Translations under genes and position numbers: made by a program
Notes under the pieces: model-generated
Seen by the model: only the letters and a program-made list of their open reading frames with translations
What the model was told of the DNA's origin: nothing
The model's database searches: none
Part shown: one piece after another, positions 30,103 through 38,134 of the stretch
How positions within the stretch are numbered: position 1 is the stretch's first letter
How the letters are laid out: each line of letters starts with the position of its first letter
Source: an uncultured Pseudomonadota bacterium
GTDB taxonomy: Bacteria; Oederibacteriota; Muellerivitia; Muellerivitales; Muellerivitaceae
Assembly: GCA_963836235.1 (NCBI GenBank)
Contig: CAWIIP010000002.1
Location: forward strand, 1,536,001 to 1,600,000
Direction of reading: 5' to 3'
Length of the DNA: 64,000 nucleotides

Positions 30103-30202
30103 GGTCTTCATTTTGGTTCAGTCTTTGTCTTTTTTACCGTTAGAATGTGGAGGAAATGGGTCGGGTTGGTTTTAATTGTTTGGTCTTTTGGGAGGAGTCG
30201 GA

Positions 30203-30562
30203 ATGAAGTGGCTTGCCGGTTTTTTATTCATGCTCTCTTTAACGGTTGGGGCTTCCGTCCTGGCGGATCCTCCTATGAAGGTTGTCTATAGCACTTCGGC
30301 TTCCACCCATTTCAGTTGGAAATGGCCCTATCATCCTGTTGAAAAATATACGGCTGTTCAGACCAAACCTTATTACTATACGGGCCACATCCTTTATCTC
30401 AGCGATGAAGACGTTTCTAAATACCGGTTCTATTTTCCGCAGAGAACCTGCCGGAATGAATGGGGTTATTTTTTTCCACGGGGGACCAAGCTTTGTCCCA
30501 AGCGCCCCGCCATTATTTTTGACGATCCCAAGGCCTATACGGAAGTCATCTACCAGAAATAA
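30203..30562 (+). CDS. Secreted Tyr/Pro-rich hypothetical protein
   Basis: GGAGGAG SD before ATG 30203; signal peptide VLA-D; one Cys pair. Confidence 0.7.
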   Translation: MKWLAGFLFMLSLTVGASVLADPPMKVVYSTSASTHFSWKWPYHPVEKYTAVQTKPYYYTGHILYLSDEDVSKYRFYFPQRTCRNEWGYFFPRGTKLCPKRPAIIFDDPKAYTEVIYQK

Positions 30563-30843
30563 ACTGTAGCGGTGGAAGATTAAGCTTTCGAGAGGGAATC
30601 CTACCCTCAATTTCAGTTTAGGTTATTCCTACAATTTTGTTCAAAGGCTTTTTTCCTATTTCAAAATTTCCAAAGTTTTTCACAAAAATCCTCTCTTTTT
30701 GATTTTTTTTTGTCCTCAAACATCCATTCGGGATAAAATTTCGCCCGGTTTTTAGAGAATGTTACTTTTCCCCGCTGGTATGACAATTGCTTTACTCCAA
30801 GGAGAGAACAGGGTTTCTAAAACCCGTCGATCGAGGGGTGAAG

Positions 30844-31332
30844 ATGTTCCGAAAATTCAAATTCGAAGAAGACCTATATGAGAAGCTCCAGGCAATACCG
30901 ATGTCCACCCGTTTTAAACTGGACCGAATTGGCCTCAAGTTGAATGCTAAAAGCTGGAACCGGTTTTCAAGCGAGGAAAAACAGGTTCTTTGTCATTTAT
31001 CCGTCCGAAGCCAAGGGGAGGTGGAATGTTATAAGGAGTACCTTCTTTACTTACTCCACCGATTGAAAGAAAAAGTCGAATGGTCAGACCCCGAAACGTC
31101 GAAGCGGGAAAAAAACCAATGGGAAACCTTGACGCGAATCCCAGAAAGCGTTTATTTGAAGGTTCTTACCTTAAAGGGTCTTTTGACCGCAGTGGAATGG
31201 ATTCGCTTGGATGATTTGGAACGCTACTCCCTGTTTCGTCTTTCGACGGATAAGTACAGCGAGACCCAATTCGCGAAAGCCCTGGAAGAATTTCTTGGTA
31301 TTTCCATGGCTAAAAGAGCCGAAGCTTCCTAG
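30844..31332 (+). CDS. Nitrate-reductase-associated protein family member (NarM-like)
   Basis: FKFEED…IPM…RFKLD…GLKL…W and W..LDDLERYSL pattern; GAGG SD before ATG 30844. Confidence 0.65.
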   Translation: MFRKFKFEEDLYEKLQAIPMSTRFKLDRIGLKLNAKSWNRFSSEEKQVLCHLSVRSQGEVECYKEYLLYLLHRLKEKVEWSDPETSKREKNQWETLTRIPESVYLKVLTLKGLLTAVEWIRLDDLERYSLFRLSTDKYSETQFAKALEEFLGISMAKRAEAS

Positions 31333-31471
31333 ATTATCCTCTACTTGTAACCCGATAGAGGTTTTTTTGTAACAACAGTTTAACCTGGGTTTGAGACTAT
31401 TCATTCAAGCCGGTGGCCCGCTCTACCTTTCCCCTCAACGCCAAGGACCACAAGCGTTTTGAGGAGGAACC

Positions 31472-31654
31472 ATGTTGAGATTGGACACTTATTCGGAAAG
31501 CATCCTGTTTCAATGTGATCGTTGTAGGCACATCGGGGAACTGATTACCGAAGTGGTGGAAGATGAGGGTTTTTTCTATTGTTGGGGTTGCTTAGCCGAA
31601 ATGAACCGAAAAAAAGGAAAGGAGGTAAAAAAAGGAAAATATGCCATTAAATGA
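31472..31654 (+). CDS. 60-aa C4 zinc-finger microprotein
   Basis: GAGGAGG SD; CDRC-x18-CWGC; basic tail. Confidence 0.7.
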   Translation: MLRLDTYSESILFQCDRCRHIGELITEVVEDEGFFYCWGCLAEMNRKKGKEVKKGKYAIK

Positions 31655-31820
31655 AAGCCAAGTTTTGGAGACGAATGTAGAATGTTTCCACTGTCGAATC
31701 CTAGTCGATTCGCGATCTGTCTTTACTACGGAAACAAAAACCCACTTTTGTTTAACCTGTTGGTTGGAAAAAAGCCAAAGTCGGCTTTCTTACCGGCGTT
31801 TAACCATCGTCGAACTTTAA
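31641..31820 (+). CDS. 59-aa C4 zinc-finger microprotein absent from the ORF track (MPLNESQVLETNVECFHCRILVDSRSVFTTETKTHFCLTCWLEKSQSRLSYRRLTIVEL)
   Basis: Manual translation; AGGAGG and AAGGA upstream; CFHC-x18-CLTC. Confidence 0.65.
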   Translation: MPLNESQVLETNVECFHCRILVDSRSVFTTETKTHFCLTCWLEKSQSRLSYRRLTIVEL

Positions 31821-31884
31821 AATTTATTCCGGTTATTAATTCCATATCCCGATTGGGAGTTGGAATTTTTTATTTTGGTCCGAA

Positions 31885-32628
31885 TCATATTTGAATTTTC
31901 GAGAAGAGATAGCTTCCGACCGCCAAAAAGAAAGCCGAAACCAAGGTTAACACCGCCAAATCCGTTCCCCATCCATAAAAGGAAGCTTGCCCCAATGCCG
32001 ACCTTAAACCATCTACCCCATAGGAAAGGGGATTTAAGGTTGTCACTAACGCCATTCCCGCCGGAAGCCCCGCAAGAGGGAACATGGCTCCTGACAGAAA
32101 GAACATCGGCATGACGAGGAAGTTCATAATGAGGGGAAAGCTTTGCATATCGTTCACCTGGGAGGCCAGAGCCGTGCCGAAAGCCGTGAAAAGAACAGCG
32201 ATAAGGAACATGAAAAGCAGCGCCAACGGAAGAGCTATTAGCGAGGGCCTAAAACCAAAAAGAGTGGCCAAGACGAAAACGATCAAACCTTGGAGCAAAG
32301 CCACTGTGGCACCACCCATCGTGCGGCCAATCATGATATGGAGCCGAGGTACAGGGGCCACTAGGGTTTCCTTTAGGAATCCGAATTGCCGATCCCAAAT
32401 TATCTCAATCCCCGAAAAAACACCGGTAAAGAGGATTCCCATGGAAATAACCCCCGGCGCCAAGAACTGCAAGTAGTCTCCCTTACCAGCCTGAGAATAA
32501 ATCTTCCCAAAGCCAAAACCGAAAGCCAAAAGAAAGATCAATGGCTGGCCCAGGGAACCGATCATCCTTGGCTTGGAACGGAAATAGCGCTTCAACTGCC
32601 GAAGCCACATGATGTAAATGGTGCTCAT
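31885..32628 (-). CDS. ABC-2 type exporter permease (DrrB-like)
   Basis: FLAPG, DRQFGFLKETLVAP, PMFFLSG, NPLSYGVD; ATG 32628 lies just after the ATPase stop. Confidence 0.9.
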   Translation of the reverse strand: MSTIYIMWLRQLKRYFRSKPRMIGSLGQPLIFLLAFGFGFGKIYSQAGKGDYLQFLAPGVISMGILFTGVFSGIEIIWDRQFGFLKETLVAPVPRLHIMIGRTMGGATVALLQGLIVFVLATLFGFRPSLIALPLALLFMFLIAVLFTAFGTALASQVNDMQSFPLIMNFLVMPMFFLSGAMFPLAGLPAGMALVTTLNPLSYGVDGLRSALGQASFYGWGTDLAVLTLVSAFFLAVGSYLFSKIQI

Positions 32629-32629
32629 G

Positions 32630-33427
32630 TCAGCGCCTCCACATTTTTTTCTGCATCCGAAGCCCCTCAATGTTGGAAGCGTCCTCGTCACGCAAGGTAT
32701 GGCCAGTCACCTGGATAAAGGCGTCTTCCAGGGACTTGGCCCTGGCCTTTTTCTTCAAGGTGGCAGGCGTTCCTTGGGCGATGATTTTCCCGTGGTCGAT
32801 GATGGTGACTTGGTCAGCCACCCGTTCGGCTTCTTCCATGTAATGGGTTGTGAAAAACACAGTGATCTTTTCCTTGCGGTTCAGGTTCTTAATGTAATTC
32901 CAGATATGGTTGCGGGTTTGGGGATCGAGCCCCACGGTGGGCTCGTCCAGGAAAAGAATTTTTGGATGGTGTAGCAGGCCCCGGGCGATTTCCAAACGCC
33001 TTTTCATCCCTCCGGAAAACTGCTTCACCAAATCATTTCGCCGATCCCAAAGCTCGACAATTTTTAATAATTCCTCAATTCGTTGTTTCCTCAATTCCGC
33101 TGGCACCTTGTATAGCACCCCATGAAAATCCATGTTTTCTCGGGCCGTTAGCTCGTCGTCAAGGCTGGGATCTTGAAATACAATTCCGAAAGAGCGACGA
33201 GCATCGTTTTGCTCGGTGACGGGATCATGCCCATCCAAAAGGATTTGGCCTCTCGTGGGTTTCAATAAGGTCGTCAGCATTTTAATGGACGTGGTTTTAC
33301 CCGCGCCGTTGGGGCCCAAGAAGCCGAAGATCCGGCCTTTTCCAACGGAGAAGGAAATGTTTTGGACCGCAGTGAAATCACCGAATTTCTTGGTGAGGTT
33401 TTTCACCTCGATGATAGGCTGTTTCAT
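32630..33427 (-). CDS. ABC exporter ATP-binding protein (DrrA-like)
   Basis: GPNGAGKT, FSGGMKRR, LDEPT. Confidence 0.93.
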   Translation of the reverse strand: MKQPIIEVKNLTKKFGDFTAVQNISFSVGKGRIFGFLGPNGAGKTTSIKMLTTLLKPTRGQILLDGHDPVTEQNDARRSFGIVFQDPSLDDELTARENMDFHGVLYKVPAELRKQRIEELLKIVELWDRRNDLVKQFSGGMKRRLEIARGLLHHPKILFLDEPTVGLDPQTRNHIWNYIKNLNRKEKITVFFTTHYMEEAERVADQVTIIDHGKIIAQGTPATLKKKARAKSLEDAFIQVTGHTLRDEDASNIEGLRMQKKMWRR

Positions 33428-33485
33428 GAAAATCCTTTTAGCATAGAATTTAAGAAGAACCAAGATTTGGTTGGTGACTGGGTGA

Positions 33486-35585
33486 CTAATTGTAAAGAGG
33501 GGAAGGAGGAATCTCGTCTATCTTATTTGAAAGGGACAAGGCTTTCTTGAAATCCCTTCTCGATTCCCCTGTCCGGCCTTGGATTTTCAAACAAACGGCC
33601 AGGTTATAATATAGATGGGCGGCTGGAATCCCCTGTTGAATGGCCTGCTGATAAGCCTGGGTCGCTTGGATGAAATAACCGTCTAAAAATTTGAAAAACC
33701 CCAACTTTTCCCAATAAACGGCGGATAAAAGGGGGTCTCCCGGAAAGATGTCGCCTAAAGATGGGTGGGATTCCAAAAAACTGGCCCATAATTCGATAGA
33801 TTTTTTATTTTTAACCTCGAAATCGATTTCTTTAAAAATTCCATCCGCCTTCATCCAACGGTCCAACAGGTCACCTGAGATTTGGGATGTGGGGATAAGA
33901 AAGAGGGCGAAAGGTTTTGGGTCATCGGGGCCCGTTTTGTCCGTTTTTAGGATATTCGCCTGCATTCCCTGGAACCTTTTTACAAAATAAGGTTCATATT
34001 GAATATTGGTGATCAAGGCCGTCCATCGGGGATGGAAAGAACGAAGGGAAGGATTTTGAAGCGCATCGAACGGATAACAAGCCACATCCAAAGTTTTATT
34101 GTCGTAATCGGTGTTAAATTCCGAAAAAACGTAAAGGGGGCCGTCTTTTCGGCTTAAATTGGAAAGGATATTATAAGCATCATAATATTCCATATTACGC
34201 CATTGTTTGCCGGAAGGGATAAGTGGGGTATTGCAATAGTGGTTCACATAGTTATCGAGGTCTAAGGCAAAAGATCCCATCGCGAATAAAAATACTCCCC
34301 CTAAACTCAGGAAATGATGCCGGTTAGCGATCAAGCCAAAAGCGCCCATGGCCGCCAAGAAGGTAAGGAGAGGGAAGGTGAGCAGGATACGGTAAAGTTC
34401 GATGTTGTTCGTCAATAATGCCGGGAGGGCGGCCGTCAACCCGCAAAAGATAAAACCGAAAAAAAAACCACTGGAAACTTGGCGAAAAAGAAAAATGAAC
34501 CCTAGGAAAACCAAGGCGCTTAAAATGGGGTTGAAAAACCCCCCCCAGTTGGACCCATAAGGAAAGCTGTAAATTCCATTCCAAAAGATTCCTTTCCCAT
34601 AAAAAGCAAGCGACGTAAAAATGGATGAGCTTAATAGTTGGTGAATGTGGGTGGCTCCCCCGGCTGAAAGGCGGGCTAAGAGGAGGGGAAGGATGATAAA
34701 GAAAGTCATACCGGCAAAAACAGCGAACTGTTTTCTGTCCTTTTTTTCATTTGAAAAGCAATTCACAAAAAGAATCCCAGCGAGCCCAAGCCAGATCCCC
34801 CCCCAATTTATCCAGGCATAGAACCCCATCGACGAGAAGAGGGTTAGAAATAGAAGAATCGCCCATTTCCTTTTCGAACTGTCCGATCGGAGCCAGTATC
34901 CGAGAAAACCAAAACAGAGGCATTCAAAAAGAGGGCCCCAAATAACGGGAATATTTAGGCGTGACAGCGTCCCTTCCCAGAATGAAAAAGCCAGAAGCCA
35001 GGAAAAGAGGAAAGCCAGGGACCTGGGAAAATATTGCCGGGCAGCCCAGTAACCGGCCGCCACGGTAGCCAGCGAGACCAATGCGGAAAAAAGTCGAAAG
35101 GAGAAAAAGGAGGGTTCGATGACTTTGAAGTAAAGTGCTAAAAGCCAAAAAGCCAGGGGTTCCACCTGTACCGGGGAATAAAGCAATCTCCAATCCCAGT
35201 GATGGGAAAGCCTCAAACTGGCGAAACCCACGATACCCTCGTCGGAGATGGGCCAAAATGGCAGAGAGGTCAATTCATAAAATCGTGTCAAGACAAGCAA
35301 TAGAAGGAATAGGATCCAAAGCCACAGAGGAATGGAATTCACCTTTTCGTCTAAGAGGAAGCGAACTCCTGGTTTTTCATTACGACGTTCAAGGAAAATA
35401 AAATGAAGAGCCGTGATCATTGGAAGAAACAAGCCCAACAAGCCAATCCATAGCTTTGCGGAAAGAGAAATAGGCCCGAATGATAAAAGGGTGTTAGCAA
35501 ACAGAAAAATAAAGAAATAGACCCACGGGTTATAGGGGAGTTGGTTTTTCCAAATTGAAGAAAAGGTGAATTCTGGAGTGGGCAT
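33486..35585 (-). CDS. GT-C glycosyltransferase with C-terminal TPR, paralog 5
   Basis: WPISDEG, NWGGFFNP, YPF, GDPLLS, GIPAAHLY. Confidence 0.8.
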   Translation of the reverse strand: MPTPEFTFSSIWKNQLPYNPWVYFFIFLFANTLLSFGPISLSAKLWIGLLGLFLPMITALHFIFLERRNEKPGVRFLLDEKVNSIPLWLWILFLLLLVLTRFYELTSLPFWPISDEGIVGFASLRLSHHWDWRLLYSPVQVEPLAFWLLALYFKVIEPSFFSFRLFSALVSLATVAAGYWAARQYFPRSLAFLFSWLLAFSFWEGTLSRLNIPVIWGPLFECLCFGFLGYWLRSDSSKRKWAILLFLTLFSSMGFYAWINWGGIWLGLAGILFVNCFSNEKKDRKQFAVFAGMTFFIILPLLLARLSAGGATHIHQLLSSSIFTSLAFYGKGIFWNGIYSFPYGSNWGGFFNPILSALVFLGFIFLFRQVSSGFFFGFIFCGLTAALPALLTNNIELYRILLTFPLLTFLAAMGAFGLIANRHHFLSLGGVFLFAMGSFALDLDNYVNHYCNTPLIPSGKQWRNMEYYDAYNILSNLSRKDGPLYVFSEFNTDYDNKTLDVACYPFDALQNPSLRSFHPRWTALITNIQYEPYFVKRFQGMQANILKTDKTGPDDPKPFALFLIPTSQISGDLLDRWMKADGIFKEIDFEVKNKKSIELWASFLESHPSLGDIFPGDPLLSAVYWEKLGFFKFLDGYFIQATQAYQQAIQQGIPAAHLYYNLAVCLKIQGRTGESRRDFKKALSLSNKIDEIPPSPLYN

Positions 35586-35980
35586 GAGTCGATTTTAGCA
35601 CAAACACTTGAGGTCGTTTGAAAAAGGACCTCGCGCCCTATCAGCCATTATTTGCTTGGGCAGTCCTACGTTGTGTGTTCTTGATTCTAAGGATATTGAA
35701 GAAGATGATTAGGTGATTTAGCTTGCCCTTGGTTTTCAAAACTTATACTGATGAATTGTTAAAATTCTTTTTATCGATTTGATTTTGAGGGTAAAATCCA
35801 AACAACCTTGGTAACCGATGAGCGGAATATAGTTCTTAATTATTAAATCAATTCATGTTTGAAAAGTTTGTTTCTGGTTTATCAAGTGTTCCGCAAGAGC
35901 CAGATTAAGACAGAGATAATCCATTTGAATTAAATAGTAAGCTATCTTTACGCCCGCTTCATAATCGACGGCTCCAAGGT

Positions 35981-38053
35981 TTAAGGTAAAAGATATTTTA
36001 AGCCAAGATCCTGAAGCCTTAAGGCCGCCGGAGTTCGATTGGAAGGGGCCCTTATAGCCGCCTGAAAAGCTTGGGCGGCATCCTGTTTCTTTCCTTCAAA
36101 GTTCAAAAATATTCCCAAGGAGTAATACAAGTTCGCCGAAGGATAGCCCCGTTTTAAAGCCGTTTGGAGATCCCCTACTGTGTTAGAAAGTTGTCCGGCT
36201 GAAGCGTCGTCCAATGCAGTTCTTTCCCAGTAAACCGACTCCAAGAAGGGGTCTCCTTTAAATAAGCCATAGGACAATCTCAAGTTTTCGCTCCAACGAT
36301 TCTGCTCATCACCGATCTTTTCATACAGGGTCTTATCGCGTTCCATCTGAAGCGCTTGGTCGGCCTGGAACCAGTGCTTCAACGTTTCCTGGTCGACGAA
36401 ATCAATAGGAATGAGACCTAAAAGCAAGCCGCTATTTCTGGAAGAAACGATAGAAGGAAGCCACTGCCAGTGAGCCCGCGGAAAGCGTTTCGCGAGAAAA
36501 GGCTGGTCATTAGCGTTAGCCAGCAAGGCGGCCCAACGGGGTGGGGCGGAAAAAGGATCCTTTTTTTCACCTGTGTTAAATTCATAAACGGCGACTGAAA
36601 AAGCAAAAGTGGGTTTCGTAAGGAAATTGTCAAAAATCAGAAAAGGCCCATTCGTTAAATTTTCACGCTCCAAGATTTGGAGGGACTTGGCGAATTCCAC
36701 TGGCCTCCATTCTTTTTTATCATCGGACAATGACTGTAAGTCGGGATAAACGACAAATAAATGATAACTGTCCAATAAGACAGATAAAAAAAGCAACAAA
36801 CACCCAATTTTTATCGCCATCCCTTCTGAAAAAAATAACCGCAGCGATAAAAAGCCCAAGACCGCGCCCGCCAAAAGAAAGGGACAAAGTTGGACGATTC
36901 GGAACATCTCAAAGCCATGGGTGAGTATTCCGGGTAACCAAAGAATAGGAAGGGAAACCAAGAACCAAATATCTGTCCTTTGTTTGCGATATAAGGAAAT
37001 GCAGACTCCCGCCAAGAAGAGGGATCCGAGGATTGGATTCAAAAATCCACCCCAGACGGGTCCATAAAAAGAAGTAAAAGAAAGTCCCGAAAAGGGAGCA
37101 AAAGCATAGCCCCGGATCGTTTGAAAACGATTTTGGATGAAATTCTCCGATCCCGTGGTCAAGAAGACGTCACGGATATAATTTCCGAATCCTTCATGGA
37201 AGGCGCCATAGACAAGAGGTCCCAGGCAAATCAACAAGGTTAAGAAATAAACAAGCAGAATCCGGGGCGAGGCATTTTTTTTTCGGAAGGTCAAGGCCAT
37301 TACCGGCAAGGAAAGAACCAACGCCACCGAAGGCCAGGACGTGAAGGTATAAAATCCCCCTCCGACCGCTAAACCTAGAAGAAAAACTTGTGGAAGGCGT
37401 TTTTTCTCAGGGCTTCCGACGAAACAAGCCAATCGCCAAAGGGCCATATATTCCCACATCAACATCAAAGCCGCCGGATGGCAAAAGCGACCGGTATAAA
37501 GAGGCCAAAAGCTAAAAGCCGTGAGTAGGGTGAAAAGGATCGAAAAAGAATGAGAAGCAAAACGACGGGAGGCAAGGAAGGCGAATACAACTGTGGCGCA
37601 TGAAAGAAGTGCTGGAAAAAACCACAAGGTAAAAAGGGAAGGTGAAAAAAATTTAAAAAAGGCCGCCAGAAACCAGATAAAAAAAGGAGGAAATTGGGCA
37701 ACGGTATAAAAGAAATGAAATTTCCCGGTTTTGAAAAGATCCAAAGCCAAAGCGGCATGAAAGCCTTCGTCGGACAAAGGCCAGGTTAAAAGAGTGGTCA
37801 AGCGGTAAAAGCGCAAAAAACAAGCGGTTAATCCCATTGTCAACCATAGCCAAGGAGAAACTGAAAAGGGAGCCTCGGTTTTTTCGAGAGCAAAAGACGG
37901 ATTTTTCCAAAGCATAACCAGTGGCAGGATCAAACCGATTACGAGCAAAGAAATTATCCAAGGAGAAGACGGTGGTAAATAGGAAAAAACAGAAAGAATT
38001 AAAAACCAAAGGATCAATCCAAACCAAGGTCGAAGGGTATGATTCAATGCCAT
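35981..38053 (-). CDS. GT-C glycosyltransferase with C-terminal TPR, paralog 6
   Basis: WPLSDEG, PVWGGFLNP, PFLAKRFP, GDPFLES, GYPSANLY. Confidence 0.8.
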   Translation of the reverse strand: MALNHTLRPWFGLILWFLILSVFSYLPPSSPWIISLLVIGLILPLVMLWKNPSFALEKTEAPFSVSPWLWLTMGLTACFLRFYRLTTLLTWPLSDEGFHAALALDLFKTGKFHFFYTVAQFPPFFIWFLAAFFKFFSPSLFTLWFFPALLSCATVVFAFLASRRFASHSFSILFTLLTAFSFWPLYTGRFCHPAALMLMWEYMALWRLACFVGSPEKKRLPQVFLLGLAVGGGFYTFTSWPSVALVLSLPVMALTFRKKNASPRILLVYFLTLLICLGPLVYGAFHEGFGNYIRDVFLTTGSENFIQNRFQTIRGYAFAPFSGLSFTSFYGPVWGGFLNPILGSLFLAGVCISLYRKQRTDIWFLVSLPILWLPGILTHGFEMFRIVQLCPFLLAGAVLGFLSLRLFFSEGMAIKIGCLLLFLSVLLDSYHLFVVYPDLQSLSDDKKEWRPVEFAKSLQILERENLTNGPFLIFDNFLTKPTFAFSVAVYEFNTGEKKDPFSAPPRWAALLANANDQPFLAKRFPRAHWQWLPSIVSSRNSGLLLGLIPIDFVDQETLKHWFQADQALQMERDKTLYEKIGDEQNRWSENLRLSYGLFKGDPFLESVYWERTALDDASAGQLSNTVGDLQTALKRGYPSANLYYSLGIFLNFEGKKQDAAQAFQAAIRAPSNRTPAALRLQDLGLKYLLP

Positions 38054-38134
38054 GAAGATCCCAGGAATATATAAATTTCTAAAGTCATTATATCATTTGG
38101 TGAGCAAGATAGATTTCGTGAATCTTACCAGTTT

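Noticed and set aside
31682-31894. 70-aa ORF in the ORF track
   Set aside because: It overlaps the better-supported 31641-31820 zinc-finger ORF in another frame and lacks a well-spaced SD
35640-35975. AT-rich gap between GT paralogs 5 and 6 as a decayed gene
   Set aside because: Only short stop-interrupted frames with no recognisable homology
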